DNA of 40,149 nucleotides. Origin: an uncultured Thermoplasmatales archaeon. GTDB taxonomy: Archaea; Thermoplasmatota; SW-10-69-26. The notes beneath the pieces were generated by a model. The model made no database searches and was not told the origin of the DNA. It worked only from the letters and a program-made list of their open reading frames with translations. Below are positions 17,192 to 30,793 of the stretch, one piece after another. The translations under genes were made by a program, and so were the position numbers. The stretch spans positions 1 through 40,149 of the forward strand of contig CAYXGD010000002.1 of assembly GCA_964464425.1 (NCBI GenBank). Reading direction: 5' to 3'. Positions within the stretch are counted from its first letter, which is position 1. The number at the start of each line of letters is the position of its first letter.

Positions 17192-18625
17192 ATGGACGGG
17201 CTCCCCCACCGTTCTGGCTTCGCTCGCGACAAGTGCGGGGTCGTGGGCGTCGTGGCCGAACGGGATGTGGCCTCCCTCCTCTACCAGGGCCTCCGCGCGC
17301 TCCAGCACCGCGGCCAGGAATCGGCCGGGATCGCGACCTTCGACGGTGGCCTGCAGACCATCAAAGGGATGGGCTTGGTCGAGCAGATCTTCCAGGCCAA
17401 GGAGCTCGCATCGCTCAGCGGCCGCGTGGGCTTGGGCCATTGCCGCTACTCGACCACGGGCTCGTCCAAGCTCGAGAACGCCCATCCCGTCTGCGTCTCC
17501 TCGGCCCAGGGCAGCATCGCGCTGGGCCACAACGGCGACATCGTCAACAGCGACCAGATCCGCGAGGAGCTCCAGGAGCACGGCTGGGCCTTCATCACCG
17601 AGAACGACAGCGAGGTCATCGTGCGCCTGTTCGCCAACGAGCTCGCCCAGGCCAGCTCACCGGTGAAGGCCATGCGCCAGGTCATGCGTCGGATCGTTGG
17701 CGCCTACAGCCTGTGCATGATCGTCGGCGAGACGATCCTGGCCGTCCGCGACCCCCAGGGCATCAAGCCCCTGGTCCTCGGCGAGCTCACCGACGCCGAC
17801 GGCGAGCGCGACGGATGGGCCGTGGCCAGCGAGAGCGTGGCCATCGAGACCATCGGTGGCACGCCGGTCCGCGACATCGAGCCTGGCGAGATCCTCGAGA
17901 TCACGCCGGACGGCATCTCCTCGCACCCGCCGGCGAGCGAGACCGACCCCGCCCACTGCATGTTCGAGTACGTCTACTTCAGCCGGGCCGATTCGGTCAT
18001 GGACGACCGCGAGGTCTACGACGTCCGTGTCAAGCTCGGCGAGCAACTGGCCTCCGAGTCGCCCGTCGACGCCGACGTGGTCGTCCCGGTGCCGGACTCC
18101 GGGCGCGCCCACGCCTCGGGGTTCGCCAAGGCCTCAGGCATCCCCATGGCCGAGGGCCTGATGAAGAACCGCTACGTCCACCGGACCTTCATCATGCCGG
18201 AGCAGGAGGACCGCACCACCGGGGTCCGCATCAAGCTCAACCCGGTCCGGTCGGTCATCGAGGACAAGCGCATCGTCCTGGTCGACGATTCGATCGTCCG
18301 AGGGACCACCATGGGCCAGCTCATCGACATGCTGCGCGACGCTGGCGCCCGGGAGGTCCACGTCCGTATCGGGTGCCCGCCGATCCGGGCGCCCTGCTAC
18401 CTCGGCATCGACATGAACACGCGAGACGAGCTGATCGCGGCGCACAAGTCGGTCGACGAGATCTGCGAGACGATCGGCGCCGACTCCTTGGCCTACGTCA
18501 GCATCCCCGGGCTCGAGAAGGCCATCGGGAAGCCCGGCGACCACCTCTGCAAAGGGTGCCTCAACGAGCGGTACCCGGTCAAGGTCCCCGGCGAGCTGCA
18601 CCGCAAGCAGCAGACCCTCTTCTGA
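17192..18625 (+). CDS. purF: Amidophosphoribosyltransferase
   Basis: Short propeptide then the catalytic Cys (CGVVGVV), LQHRGQESAGIA, the Ntn glutaminase domain, and the PRTase motif IVLVDDSIVRGTT. C-terminal Cys residues (CYLGID, CKGCL) are consistent with an Fe-S type PurF. Confidence 0.95.
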   Translation: MDGLPHRSGFARDKCGVVGVVAERDVASLLYQGLRALQHRGQESAGIATFDGGLQTIKGMGLVEQIFQAKELASLSGRVGLGHCRYSTTGSSKLENAHPVCVSSAQGSIALGHNGDIVNSDQIREELQEHGWAFITENDSEVIVRLFANELAQASSPVKAMRQVMRRIVGAYSLCMIVGETILAVRDPQGIKPLVLGELTDADGERDGWAVASESVAIETIGGTPVRDIEPGEILEITPDGISSHPPASETDPAHCMFEYVYFSRADSVMDDREVYDVRVKLGEQLASESPVDADVVVPVPDSGRAHASGFAKASGIPMAEGLMKNRYVHRTFIMPEQEDRTTGVRIKLNPVRSVIEDKRIVLVDDSIVRGTTMGQLIDMLRDAGAREVHVRIGCPPIRAPCYLGIDMNTRDELIAAHKSVDEICETIGADSLAYVSIPGLEKAIGKPGDHLCKGCLNERYPVKVPGELHRKQQTLF

Positions 18626-18699
18626 GATCCAGGACCGCCAGACGTAAGACGGGCCCCCAGCCATCGCCCACACGAGCCACGGGACCGGAAGGACGCCAG

Positions 18700-19098
18700 G
18701 TGAGCGACACGTACATGATCGTCGAGGACGCGCCGGCGGTCCAGCTGACCCTCACCTCTGCGTTGGCCAAGGCCGGGATCGGTGAGGACCGCGTCGACAC
18801 GTTCGACCGGGGTGACGATGCCCTGGCCGCCTTCAGCGACCTGAGGCCCGAGATCGTCCTGCTCGACACCAGCCTCCACGGTCTCGATCCCGCCGACGCC
18901 GTCGAGGCGATCCTTCTCGAACGGCCCCAGACCCGCATCGTCTTGCTCACCGAGCTTCCGGAGGATCATCCGAGGCTCCAGGAGATGGTAGCCTTCGGCG
19001 TCTTCGGGATCCTGCGCGAACCCCTGGACACCGGCAAGATCCAGACCATGGTGCAGCGGATCCGGGAGGAAAGCCCCGGGGCTGGCCGGATCAGGTAG
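18700..19098 (+). CDS. Single-domain CheY-like receiver protein (atypical)
   Basis: This is the last 133 codons of track ORF 17233..19098; the rest of that ORF is a purF shadow. Sequence: [14 protein letters not shown]...[14 protein letters not shown]...[11 protein letters not shown]...[11 protein letters not shown]...[12 protein letters not shown] at 18700, ATG at 18715. Paralogous to 22984..23367. Confidence 0.8.
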   Translation: MSDTYMIVEDAPAVQLTLTSALAKAGIGEDRVDTFDRGDDALAAFSDLRPEIVLLDTSLHGLDPADAVEAILLERPQTRIVLLTELPEDHPRLQEMVAFGVFGILREPLDTGKIQTMVQRIREESPGAGRIR

Positions 19099-22000
19099 GC
19101 TGATCGGTGCCGGGGTGCCGCGTGGCCTCGTCCAGGGCGTCCCGGGTCGCATCGAAGACCTCGTGGGCCTCGCGGACCTGCTCTGGCGCCCGGTCCGGCA
19201 ACCCCTGCCGGGCCTCCTCCTCGAGCTCCTTGCACAGGGCCTGGAGCCGACGCGCGCCCAACGTCCCGCTGGTGCCTTTCAGGCCGTGGGCGGCCTGCCG
19301 GAGCTGGTCGTGGTCCTCGGCGGCCAGCGCCCGTTCCATCGCCGAGAGGTAGCCGGGGGCTTCCTCTTGGAACACGTCGACGAGCTCGGCGACCTCGGCC
19401 GGATCGCCGCCGAGGATCTCGCGCAATCGATCGAGGTGGCCCTGGTCGACCAGCGGCTCGTCGTCGGGTCCCTCGGGAGGATCGTCTGGGGCCTCCGACG
19501 CCGGCTCGCCCGTCGACACCCCCGGCGGGGGGTCCCCCGGCGTGGGGGGCTGGTCACCAGAGGCCGGGTCGCCGGCCACCTCGGGAGGGAGCGGCTCGAC
19601 CTGGGCCAGGGTCTGGGCCAGTTGCTCCAGGGTGACCGGCTTGGTGATGTGATCGTCCATGCCGGCATCCAGGCTGGCCTTCTGGGCATCGGCCCCCGCG
19701 TGGGCCGTCATGGCCACGATGGTCGGCTGCTCGGGTCTCGGGAAGCGGGCCCGGATCGCGCGCGTGGCTTCGTAGCCGTCCATCTCGGGCATCTGGACGT
19801 CCATGAGGACGACGTCGTAGCGCCGGCCCACCAGGGCGTCCATGACCTCGTGGCCGTTGGCGACGACGTCGGGCCGGTAGCCCAACCGTTCGAGCATCCG
19901 GGTGGCGACCTTCTGGTTGACGTGGTTGTCCTCGGCCAGCAGGATCCGCAGCGGATGGTCGCCCGCCATCTCGGATCCCTGCTTGGGTGCCGGGGTGGCC
20001 GCTTCGATGGTCCCGGCCAGGCTCGTGGCCAGGGCATCGTAGAGGATGCTAGGCTTGACGGGCTTGCTGAGGGAGGCGGCCAGCTCCACGCCCCGGTCCT
20101 CAGCCGCCTTCCTCCCGACGGCGAGCGAGGAGAGCATGAGGATCGGCGGCGTGTCCTCCCCGAGGGTCTCCTCGAGCGCCTTCGCCAGGTCCAACCCATC
20201 CATCTCGGGCATCTGGTGGTCGAGGATCAGGACGTCGTAGGGCTCGCCGCGGGGGATGGCTTCCAGGGCCTTGGCTGGGTTGGCGAAGGTCTCAGGGGTC
20301 ATCCCCCAAGCCGTCAGGTGGTGGACGAGGATGTCTCGGTTCGTCTTGTTGTCGTCGACGACCCCAACCCGGAGGCCCCGGAGCCCGGTGCTGTCCAGCT
20401 CATCGGGGGATCGCTCCGCCATCTGGGCGACCTCGCCCTCGATGGTGAACGAGAAGGTGGAGCCCTCGCCCTCGGTGCTCTCGACCCAGATCTCTCCGCC
20501 CATCATCTCGGCCAGCCGCTGGCAGATCGCCAAGCCCAGCCCGGTCCCGCCGAACCGGCGGGTGGTCGAGGCGTCGGCCTGGGTGAACGCGTCGAACAGC
20601 TGGTCCTGCTTGTCCCTGGGGATCCCGATCCCGGTGTCCCGGACGTGGAAGGCCAGGGTGGCCATCGACCCCGGCTCGGTCCCCCCGGCCACGTGCTCGA
20701 CGGTGACGACGATCTCGCCCTCCTCGGTGAACTTGACGGCGTTGCTCGTCAGGTTGAGCAGGACCTGGCGCAGCCGGCCAGCGTCACCGCGAAGGGCCTC
20801 CGGGACATCGTCCTCCAGCCGGTAGGCCAGGTCGATGGGGGCCTGCCCGACCTTCGGAGCGACGAGGTCGAGGCTATCCTCGACGACCTCCCGCAGGGAG
20901 AACGTGTGCTCCTCGAGCTCCAGCTTCCCCGCCTCGATCTTGGACAGATCCAGGATGTCGTTGATGATGGTGAGCAGGTGCTCGCCGCTCTTCCGGATGG
21001 TCCGGACGCTCTCCCGCTGCTCGGGGGTCAGCTCGGAGTCGTCCAGCAAGCCGGCCATCCCGATGACCGCGTTCATGGGGGTCCGGATCTCGTGGCTCAT
21101 GTTCGACAGGAACTCCGAGCGCGCCTTGGCGGCCTGCTCGGCCCGCCGCTTGGCCTCGCGGACCTCCCGCTGGGCCCGGACCCGCTCGACCACGCGGCCG
21201 AGCTGGTTGCCCACCGCGGCCATGGTGGACAGCAGGTCCTCGTCGGGCTCCAGCTCCTCGGTGGAGAAGAACTCCAGCACGGCGACGACCTTGGTCCCGA
21301 CCAGGACCGGGAACGCCAGGGCCGTGCGCAGCTCCAGGTCGCGGACGAACCGGTAGCGGAGGAACCCGGCCTCCTGGGTCAGCTCCCGTGTCCACACCGG
21401 CTCGGCGCGGACCATGACCTTGCCCGGCAGCCCTTCCCCAGGACCGAACCGGGTGACCTCGGTGACCGCCCTGAAGTCCCGGAACCGCTCGGGATCGTCC
21501 AGGTGCCAGAGCCCGGTCGAGGCCAGCTCGACGCTCCAGGGCCCTTCCTCGACGTGCTCGACGTTGTAGACGTGCCCGACCGGCCAGCCGGTGTGGTCGC
21601 AGAGGTCGTCGAGGGCTGCGCTGAAGGCCTCCTCGAGGCTCTGGGCCGCGTTGGCCGAGACGGCGATGTCGTGGAGCAGCTCGGTCGTCGCCTTCTCCCG
21701 TTGAAGCGCCTCGGTGGCTTGCTCCACCCGGCGTTGGGCCATGCCCTCGGAGCGGACCATGACCTCGCCGATCAGGGAGATCAGCACGGTGACGAGCATG
21801 CCGGCGCCCAGGATGCCCCAGGGTTGGAGCTCCTCTTGCAGGGTGACGAAACCAGGCAGCGCGTTGCTCTCGATGGTCCAGACGTGCCCGGCCAGGGCCA
21901 GGTGGCGCTGGTTGGTGTGCGTGGGCTCGTCGGTCATCGCGGACCCGGTGGCGGCCGGCAACCCTGTGACGAAGGTGGCCGGGTCGGGCTGGGAGGAAGC

Positions 22001-22756
22001 GTAGACGTCCACCTGGATCTGGTAGACGGCGTTCTGGAGAGCGTCCTGCACGAGGGTGCGGCCGTCGATCGACGCAGCGACCCAGCCGTGGAACCGCGGC
22101 TGGCTCCCATCGCCGAACCCGAGGGTGACCGGCAGGAAGACGTCGAAGCTCTGGGTCGCGCCCTGGCCTCCGGGGGCGGGGGCCATGATCGCTCCGTCGA
22201 CCTGGTCGGCACGGTGCATCGTGTCCAGGCGGCTGGGCGTGGCCCCGAGGTCGGCCCCAGCGTCCGGGGCTCGGCTCCCTGAGGTGAACGCCACGGCCTC
22301 GTAGGGACCCTCATCGGTCTCGGTCGTCAGGTTGTACCCCGGCTGGCCCCCCTCACGCATCACGGCCTCGAACTCGTCACGACGATCCTCCGGGACCTCG
22401 GCCACGATGTAGATGCCCTGCATCGAGGGTTGGGCCTGGGAGACCTGCTGGGCATCGACGAACCCCTGGAAGCTGCGGAGATCCATCGGTCCTGCGGCTT
22501 CAGCCATGGACGCCAGACCGTTCATCACGGCCAGATCCTCGCCGAACGCCTGGTCGAGACGGTCGGGGAACTGCTGGGTCTGAGCGTCGAACCTGGAACG
22601 GGTCTCCTCCTCCAGGTTCTCAGACCAGGCGTAGGCGATCCCGCCCGAGAGAAGCATCCCCATCATCAGGATGGCCCACGGCGTGCCCGAGGCCCACCTG
22701 CGCAGGTCCAACAGGGACCCTAGGCGACCATCGTCGCGCGAGGTAGGGGGAGCCAT
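19091..22756 (-). CDS. Transmembrane hybrid sensor histidine kinase: TM-CHASE-like-TM-GAF-HisKA-HATPase-REC-REC-Hpt
   Basis: The periplasmic-type domain between two TM helices has a CHASE-like pattern ([13 protein letters not shown]...[11 protein letters not shown]...). The H-box is [14 protein letters not shown] (His near nt 21094). HATPase motifs are RDTGIGIP and [13 protein letters not shown]. The two receivers are [13 protein letters not shown] and [16 protein letters not shown]. The C-terminal Hpt reads [17 protein letters not shown] (His near nt 19287). Confidence 0.9.
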   Translation of the reverse strand: MAPPTSRDDGRLGSLLDLRRWASGTPWAILMMGMLLSGGIAYAWSENLEEETRSRFDAQTQQFPDRLDQAFGEDLAVMNGLASMAEAAGPMDLRSFQGFVDAQQVSQAQPSMQGIYIVAEVPEDRRDEFEAVMREGGQPGYNLTTETDEGPYEAVAFTSGSRAPDAGADLGATPSRLDTMHRADQVDGAIMAPAPGGQGATQSFDVFLPVTLGFGDGSQPRFHGWVAASIDGRTLVQDALQNAVYQIQVDVYASSQPDPATFVTGLPAATGSAMTDEPTHTNQRHLALAGHVWTIESNALPGFVTLQEELQPWGILGAGMLVTVLISLIGEVMVRSEGMAQRRVEQATEALQREKATTELLHDIAVSANAAQSLEEAFSAALDDLCDHTGWPVGHVYNVEHVEEGPWSVELASTGLWHLDDPERFRDFRAVTEVTRFGPGEGLPGKVMVRAEPVWTRELTQEAGFLRYRFVRDLELRTALAFPVLVGTKVVAVLEFFSTEELEPDEDLLSTMAAVGNQLGRVVERVRAQREVREAKRRAEQAAKARSEFLSNMSHEIRTPMNAVIGMAGLLDDSELTPEQRESVRTIRKSGEHLLTIINDILDLSKIEAGKLELEEHTFSLREVVEDSLDLVAPKVGQAPIDLAYRLEDDVPEALRGDAGRLRQVLLNLTSNAVKFTEEGEIVVTVEHVAGGTEPGSMATLAFHVRDTGIGIPRDKQDQLFDAFTQADASTTRRFGGTGLGLAICQRLAEMMGGEIWVESTEGEGSTFSFTIEGEVAQMAERSPDELDSTGLRGLRVGVVDDNKTNRDILVHHLTAWGMTPETFANPAKALEAIPRGEPYDVLILDHQMPEMDGLDLAKALEETLGEDTPPILMLSSLAVGRKAAEDRGVELAASLSKPVKPSILYDALATSLAGTIEAATPAPKQGSEMAGDHPLRILLAEDNHVNQKVATRMLERLGYRPDVVANGHEVMDALVGRRYDVVLMDVQMPEMDGYEATRAIRARFPRPEQPTIVAMTAHAGADAQKASLDAGMDDHITKPVTLEQLAQTLAQVEPLPPEVAGDPASGDQPPTPGDPPPGVSTGEPASEAPDDPPEGPDDEPLVDQGHLDRLREILGGDPAEVAELVDVFQEEAPGYLSAMERALAAEDHDQLRQAAHGLKGTSGTLGARRLQALCKELEEEARQGLPDRAPEQVREAHEVFDATRDALDEATRHPGTDQPT

Positions 22757-22983
22757 GGTGCCATCTCAGGGACCCCGAGCGGAGGGGTCCATCCTACCGT
22801 CCGCGGCGACGGCTCTTGAGCCTTCCCTTTGTTCCCGTCGGCCCCGCGGCCGGCCCAGCGCGGCTCGAAGCGCTTCAGGCGGCCGCGCTGCTCCCTGCGA
22901 CCCGACCGTTCCCTTTAACAAAGGCGGCGCCCTCAACCCCTGTTGTACACTGTCGGGAGGAAGCGTCGCTGGCCAAGGACTAC

Positions 22984-23367
22984 ATGATCGTCGACGACTC
23001 GCCGGTCATCCGCAAGCTCCTGGAGAAGCTCCTCATCAAGGAAGGGATCCCAGCCGATGCGATCCACGCCGTCGAGGACGGTGCCAAGGCCGTCGAGGCG
23101 TTCCGGGACGTCGGTGCGGACGTCGTCTTCATGGACATCGACATGCCGGGCATGGACGGCGAGGAGGCCGCCGGCCTGATGCTGATGGAGGAGCCCGAGC
23201 TCAAGGTCGTCATCGTCAGCGCCCTGGATCGGGATGACGATCGGGTCCGTGGCTTGCTCTCCTTCGGGGCCTTCGAGATCGTCCAGAAACCCGTCCGGTC
23301 CGAGGATGTCTCCCGGGTGCTCAACCTGATCGAGGAGGAGGAGTCCGGCCGCGGCCGGATCAAGTGA
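22984..23367 (+). CDS. Single-domain CheY-like response regulator
   Basis: MIVDDSPVIRKLL...DVVFMDIDMPGMDGEEA...KVVIVSAL...EIVQKPV carries all canonical receiver residues (DD, D, S, K). The tail is EEESGRGRIK. Confidence 0.85.
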   Translation: MIVDDSPVIRKLLEKLLIKEGIPADAIHAVEDGAKAVEAFRDVGADVVFMDIDMPGMDGEEAAGLMLMEEPELKVVIVSALDRDDDRVRGLLSFGAFEIVQKPVRSEDVSRVLNLIEEEESGRGRIK

Positions 23368-23368
23368 C

Positions 23369-23713
23369 CTATGAGACCGGGTGCGCTTCCTGCAGAGCGG
23401 TCTCGGTGGCCTCCCAGACCTCATCGAGCTCGTCGATCCTGGCGTCCACCGCCGAGAGGTCGCCCTCGTTGGCCTTCTCCTCGAAGGTCTTGCACAGCTC
23501 GGAGAGCCGCATCGCGCCGAGGGTCGACGACGAGCCCTTGATCTTGTGGGCAGCGCTGGCCACCGCGCTAGCGTCCCCGTCGGCCAGGCCAGCCTTCAGG
23601 GCCTCGATGCTGTTGGGCGTATCGTCCAGGAAAGTGTCGATGATGTCGCCCACACCCTCGGGGTCGTCGCCGAGGATCTCACGCAACTGATCGAGCTTGG
23701 CGTGGTCGAGCAT
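23369..23713 (-). CDS. Stand-alone histidine phosphotransfer (Hpt) protein
   Basis: 114 aa. The motif SAAHKIKGSSSTLGAMRLSELC is the Hpt consensus HxxKGxxxxxG (His near nt 23547). It lies directly downstream of hybrid kinase 2 on the same strand. Confidence 0.85.
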   Translation of the reverse strand: MLDHAKLDQLREILGDDPEGVGDIIDTFLDDTPNSIEALKAGLADGDASAVASAAHKIKGSSSTLGAMRLSELCKTFEEKANEGDLSAVDARIDELDEVWEATETALQEAHPVS

Positions 23714-23789
23714 GGACGGGTGCTCCTGGTCGCAGGCCGGCTATGTCGGTAGGGGGCGTCAAACCATCGGTCGGGCGCAGGCCCCGGGC

Positions 23790-26321
<2,532 letters not shown>

Positions 26322-26467
26322 CCCACGCTGTTCCGACGTGGGCCCACCGCCTCCAGGTTCTCGCTCCCGTCCCCTTTGAAGGTTCCGCGTTAGGCCTTCT
26401 ACCCTGCAGCACCACGAACCGGCCGGACAGCTCAAGATGTTCGGGTCGGGTACGCGTGGACCGGTGG

Positions 26468-29400
26468 TCAGCCAAGCGCTTCGCTGGCCTTGTTCAACGC
26501 CTCGACCAGGGTGTCGATATCCACCGGCTTGGCCATGTAGTCGTCCATGCCCCTGGCCAGGGCCTTGGACCGGGCATCCTCGCCGGCGTGGGCTGTCATC
26601 GCGATGATCCGTGGCTGGCGCTTGTCGGGCAGGGTCTCGCGGATCCGCTCGGTCGCTTCGTACCCGTCCATCACCGGCATCTGGACGTCCATCAGGACCA
26701 CATCGTAGTCCGTCCGTTCCAGGGCCTCGAGCACCTCCTGCCCGTTGCCGGCGACCTCGGGCTCGTAGCCCAAGCGTTCCAGCATCTGCACGGCTACCTT
26801 CTGGTTGACGGCGTTGTCCTCGGCCAGCAGGATGGACAACGGGAGCCGCTCGGCCATCCCGTGGTCCAGGGCCCCACCGGCCTGGGGGGCGGTCTGGCCC
26901 CCATCGCCGGCGCCGAGGGCGGTCGAGAGCGCATCGTAGAGGTTCGAGGGCTTGAGCGGCTTGTTGAGGTGGCCGGCCAGGTCGACCCCGGCATCGGCCA
27001 GGGCGGAGGGGGTGAGGTTGACCGACGTGAGCAGGATCTTGGGCACGTTGCCGTCGAGCCCCGTGGCCTCGAGCCGTTGGGCCAAGGTCAGGCCGTCCAT
27101 CTCGGGCATCTGGAAGTCGAGCAGGATCAGGTCCCACCGCTGGCCCTGCTCGGCCATCGCGAGCGCCTTCTCGGGGTCGGCCGTCATCTCGGGGACCATG
27201 CCCCAGGCCCGGAGGTGGTGCTCGAGGATCCGGCGGTTGGTGGCGTTGTCGTCGACGACGAGAACGTCCTTGCCCTGGAGCACGCCCGGCGGCACCGCTT
27301 CGGGCCGCTTGGCTGGGATGTCGGCCGGTCCGGTCTCGATCGTGAACCAGAACGTCGACCCTTTCCCCTCCGCGCTGTCGACGCCGATCTCGCCCTCCAT
27401 GAGCTCGACCAGGCGGCGGCAGATCGTCAGACCCAAGCCTGTGCCTCCGAACCGCCGGGTCGTGGAGGCATCCGCCTGGGAGAAAGCCTCGAACAGCCCA
27501 GCCTGCTGCTTCTTGGAGATGCCGATGCCCGTGTCCCGGACCTCGAACCGGAGGCGCAGCGGATGCTCCCCGGAGGCGGCTTGCTCGGTCTCGTGGTGGA
27601 CGGTGACGACGACCTCGCCGTCGGGGGTGAACTTGACCGCGTTGGAGAGCAGGTTGAGGAGCACCTGACGCAACCGTCCCGGGTCCCCCTGGATGCCCTC
27701 GGGCACGTCCTCGTCGATCCGGTAGGCCAGCTCCAGGCCTTTCTCGTAGGCCTTGCTCGACACCAGATCCAGGCTCTCCTCGATGGTGGCCCGCAGGTGG
27801 AAGGGTTGGTCCTCGAGCTCCAGCCGGCCGGCCTGGATCTTCGAGAGGTCAAGGATGTCGTTGATGATGGTCAGCAGGTGATCCCCGCTGGTGCGGATCG
27901 TCTGCACGAAGTCGAGCTGCTCCTCGTCGAGGTCCGTGTCGGTGAGCAGGCCGGTCATCCCGATCACGGCGTTCAGCGGGGTCCGGATCTCGTGGCTCAT
28001 GTTGGCCAGGAACTCGCTCTTGGCCTTCTCGGACCGTTCGGCGGCTCGTTTGGCCTCCTGGAGCTGCTCGAACATCCGGGCGTGGCTGATCGACGCGGCG
28101 ATCAGGCCGGCCATGAGCTGGAGGGTATCCTGGTCGGTGGCGCTGAAGGCGCCAGGTTGGCTGGAGAGCACCTTGAGCACGCCGAAGCGTTCACCCTCGT
28201 AGGCCAGCGGTACCAGGACCATCGAACGCAGCCCGATCCGCCGGCAGGCCTCCTGGTCGACCCGGTCGTCCTCCTCGGTGTCGGGGCAGACCACGGCCTC
28301 CCCGGTCCGGTAACAGCGGCCCGACAGGCTCGTCTCGGCATCGAGCTCGAGGCCCACGTGCTCCTCGGCCGTGCCGGTGGCCGCTTGGTAGACCATCTTG
28401 CCGTCCTGGCCGAGCTCCACCACGGCGCCGTCAGCACCGGTCAACGCCTGGGCGGCCTGGGCGACGACGTCCATGACCTCCTGGCGCTCGAGGGCGGCCT
28501 GGGCGACCGCCTGCTGGGTGTCGACGATAGCGGCCAGGCGCTCCCCCTCTTGCCGCAGGGCGGCCTCGGCAGCTTTCTGGTCGGTGATGTCCTGGAAGAG
28601 GATGGCTAGCCCCTCCTCGAACGGGAAGGCCCGGGTCTGCCACCAGGCTCCCGTCTCTTCGTCGTGCTCCTCGAAGGCCACCGGCTCCCGTGCCGTCATG
28701 GCCTGCCGGATGTGCCCGGCTTCTCGCGTGCCTTCGAGATCCGGGTAGAGCTGCCAGAGCGTCCGGCCGATGGCGTCCTCCACCGTGAGGCCCTCCGGTA
28801 AGGTCTCGGCGGCGGCCTCGTTGAGGTGGGTGTACCGCCAGTCCCGGTCGACGGCGGTGAAAGGATCTTCGAGGGCATCGAGCACGGCCTCGAGGCGGTC
28901 ACGGCCGCGCTCGACCTGCTCGTTGGCGCGCTGGCGCTCGACCACGCGGCCTAGCTGGGCACCGACGCTCCCCATGACCTCGAGGAGATCCTCGTCCGGG
29001 GCTTCCACGTCGACGTCGAAGAACTCCAGCACGGCCACGATCTCGTCCCCGACGGTCACAGGGAAGGCGAAGTGGCCGGCCACGCCGAGGTCGGCGTCGG
29101 ATCGGCCTCGCAGGGAGCGATCGACCGTCCTGATGTCCTCTTGGGCCACCGGGGCCCGCTGGGAGAGGACCTGACCGAGGACACCTTCCCCCGGCTCGAA
29201 GGTCGTGGCTCGGGTGACCTCCCGGAGCTGGGGGAAGCTCCGATCGGGAGGCCACCACCACAGGTCCGAGGGTTCCAACAGATCGGCGGCTGGGTTGTAC
29301 CAGTACACGTGGGCGGCTTCCCAGCCGGCGAACCGGGCCACCCGTTCCATCGAGTAGGTCAGCGCTTCCTCGACATCGTCGGTGTCGTGGGCCACCGCGG

Positions 29401-30508
29401 TGATCTCCTGGAGCAGGTCGACGGTGGCGGTCTCCTTGCGGACCCGCTCGGCCGCGGCCTCGGCCCGTCGCCGGGAACGGTCCTCGGATCGGCTGATCAC
29501 GGCGACCAGGGCGGCACCCAAGAACGCCACCACCGTCCCGATCGCGGCCACGTACCAAGGTTCTCGGGCCTCATCGGTGGAGATCGTACCGGGGAGGCTG
29601 ACGGCCTCCAGCGCCCAAGTCTGGCCGTAGAGGGCCAGGCGCTGGTCCTGCTGGAACCGGCCATCCTCGATGGGCTCGCCCTCGGGTAGGATGGCCAGGG
29701 CGTCGCCCCCGCCGTCCGGTGTCACTGTGACCTGGAGGCCGCCCAAGCGGTCCTTGAACGCGTTCTCGACGACGTCTTGGACGAGCAGGTCCCCGCTGAT
29801 CCACCCTGTCAGGTTCTCCCGGCGGCTCTCTTCGGAGGGCGGCCGCTGGGAGGACGCGTAGATCGGCACGAAGACCTCGACGTGGTCGGTTGCGGCTTGG
29901 CCCTCGAGCATGATGGGTTCGGTCATGCCCGGCTGGCCCGAGGCCAACGCGTGCTCCATGGCAGCCTGCCGGGCGGGGTGGGTCGCCAGGTCCTCGCCGA
30001 TGGGCTCCTGGAAGAGGTAGCTGGAGCCCTCGAAGGTCCGGGGCACGTAGAACGAGCGGTTCCCGGCGGGGTCGATCTCGAACCCGGGTCCGTGGGTCCC
30101 ACGCATGCGCTCGAGGTAGGCGTCCAGCTCGTCACGGTGGACGAGCTCGGCGTACTCGATCCCCTCCAACCCGGGGAAGTCGTTGGCCAGGTGTCTGGAG
30201 CTCACGTAGGTCTGGAACTCGTCCCGCTCGACCCGGTCGGAGGCTTGGAACAGGGCCACGGCTCCCTGCAGGGCCCCGACGTGCAACCGCAGCTCGTCTG
30301 CGAGCGCCCGGGAGAGGCCGGCGTTCTCCCGCTCGAACTCTTCATGGGCCTCGGTGACGATCCGGTCGCGCCACGCCCCAGCGACGGCGGCCGTCAGGAG
30401 CAGCCCGACCAGCAGCATGGCTGCAGGGATCAGCCAGGTCGACTGCAGACGCCCATCGTCGGCATCGGGCACGGGTGTCAACTCCGACGAACATCGCAGC
30501 GCCACCAC
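26468..30508 (-). CDS. Transmembrane hybrid sensor histidine kinase: TM-CHASE-like-TM-GAF-PAS-GAF-HisKA-HATPase-REC-REC
   Basis: The N-terminal part parallels kinase 1 (DDGRLQS, TM helix, [14 protein letters not shown]...RDEFQTYV...[13 protein letters not shown]). H-box is [14 protein letters not shown] (near nt 27994). [13 protein letters not shown] is present. Receivers are [13 protein letters not shown] and [16 protein letters not shown]. No Hpt. The start may be the GTG at 30508, the TTG at 30481 or the GTG at 30472. An A/T-richer TGAACATATTCA box (30512-30523, minus sense) abuts 30508 and favours one of the downstream starts. Confidence 0.9.
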   Translation of the reverse strand: MVALRCSSELTPVPDADDGRLQSTWLIPAAMLLVGLLLTAAVAGAWRDRIVTEAHEEFERENAGLSRALADELRLHVGALQGAVALFQASDRVERDEFQTYVSSRHLANDFPGLEGIEYAELVHRDELDAYLERMRGTHGPGFEIDPAGNRSFYVPRTFEGSSYLFQEPIGEDLATHPARQAAMEHALASGQPGMTEPIMLEGQAATDHVEVFVPIYASSQRPPSEESRRENLTGWISGDLLVQDVVENAFKDRLGGLQVTVTPDGGGDALAILPEGEPIEDGRFQQDQRLALYGQTWALEAVSLPGTISTDEAREPWYVAAIGTVVAFLGAALVAVISRSEDRSRRRAEAAAERVRKETATVDLLQEITAVAHDTDDVEEALTYSMERVARFAGWEAAHVYWYNPAADLLEPSDLWWWPPDRSFPQLREVTRATTFEPGEGVLGQVLSQRAPVAQEDIRTVDRSLRGRSDADLGVAGHFAFPVTVGDEIVAVLEFFDVDVEAPDEDLLEVMGSVGAQLGRVVERQRANEQVERGRDRLEAVLDALEDPFTAVDRDWRYTHLNEAAAETLPEGLTVEDAIGRTLWQLYPDLEGTREAGHIRQAMTAREPVAFEEHDEETGAWWQTRAFPFEEGLAILFQDITDQKAAEAALRQEGERLAAIVDTQQAVAQAALERQEVMDVVAQAAQALTGADGAVVELGQDGKMVYQAATGTAEEHVGLELDAETSLSGRCYRTGEAVVCPDTEEDDRVDQEACRRIGLRSMVLVPLAYEGERFGVLKVLSSQPGAFSATDQDTLQLMAGLIAASISHARMFEQLQEAKRAAERSEKAKSEFLANMSHEIRTPLNAVIGMTGLLTDTDLDEEQLDFVQTIRTSGDHLLTIINDILDLSKIQAGRLELEDQPFHLRATIEESLDLVSSKAYEKGLELAYRIDEDVPEGIQGDPGRLRQVLLNLLSNAVKFTPDGEVVVTVHHETEQAASGEHPLRLRFEVRDTGIGISKKQQAGLFEAFSQADASTTRRFGGTGLGLTICRRLVELMEGEIGVDSAEGKGSTFWFTIETGPADIPAKRPEAVPPGVLQGKDVLVVDDNATNRRILEHHLRAWGMVPEMTADPEKALAMAEQGQRWDLILLDFQMPEMDGLTLAQRLEATGLDGNVPKILLTSVNLTPSALADAGVDLAGHLNKPLKPSNLYDALSTALGAGDGGQTAPQAGGALDHGMAERLPLSILLAEDNAVNQKVAVQMLERLGYEPEVAGNGQEVLEALERTDYDVVLMDVQMPVMDGYEATERIRETLPDKRQPRIIAMTAHAGEDARSKALARGMDDYMAKPVDIDTLVEALNKASEALG

Positions 30509-30678
30509 CGCTGAATATGTTCAGACACGCCGGGACAGGCCTGGGGACGTTTCAACGTTCCTGTTCCTCACATGCTCCCCCTGCATGAAGGCCCTCTCCC
30601 GCCCCTTGCCCCCTCGGCCACGGGCCGGCTCAGCGGGCCCGCAACGCCTAAGTACGGCATCAGGGATGGCCGGGGCAC

Positions 30679-30793
30679 CCCCGCTTAGCTCAGACTGGCC
30701 AGAGCGCCTGCCTGTAGAGACGAGATCTTCGGGTAGGACCCGACAGGCGTTGCAGCCAGCAGGATGCCCCCGGTTCGAATCCGGGAGCGGGGA
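30679..30793 (+). tRNA. tRNA-Tyr(GUA) with an about 40-nt intron in the anticodon loop
   Basis: Hand fold: acceptor CCCCGCT/AGCGGGG, D arm GCTC-AGACTGGCCA-GAGC, anticodon stem CCTGC/GCAGG with loop C-T-GTA-G (anticodon at 30714-30716). Variable loop is ATGCC, T arm is CCCGG-TTCGAAT-CCGGG, discriminator is A. The C1:G72 pair is the archaeal/eukaryal tRNA-Tyr identity element. No CCA is encoded. Confidence 0.8.
30718..30757 (+). other. tRNA intron (approximate boundaries, canonical 37/38 position)
   Basis: 40 nt separate anticodon-loop nt G37 from A38 plus the 3' stem strand GCAGG. An internal hairpin TCGGG-TAGGA-CCCGA is present. I could not unambiguously draw the bulge-helix-bulge motif by hand, so the ends may shift by a few nt. 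Confidence 0.55.

Noticed and set aside
17233-18699. N-terminal about 490 codons of track ORF 17233..19098 (621 aa)
   Set aside because: This part is a +1-type shadow of purF (Arg/Pro/Gly-rich). Only the last 133 codons, downstream of the purF stop at 18625, form a real receiver-domain gene.
26322-27137. N-terminal extension of ORF 23790..27137 ([14 protein letters not shown]...)
   Set aside because: It overlaps the C-terminal receiver domains of kinase 3 in a different frame and is Arg/Pro/Gly-rich. The real kinase 2 must start after the upstream stop at 26468, so I place it at the GTG near 26321.
30512-30560. Near-palindromes TGAATATGTTCA and ACGTTTCAACGT between kinase 3 and the tRNA as operator sites
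   Set aside because: Both are short and imperfect (2 mismatches, or 5-bp arms). The first is more simply explained as the A/T-rich TATA region of the kinase 3 promoter.
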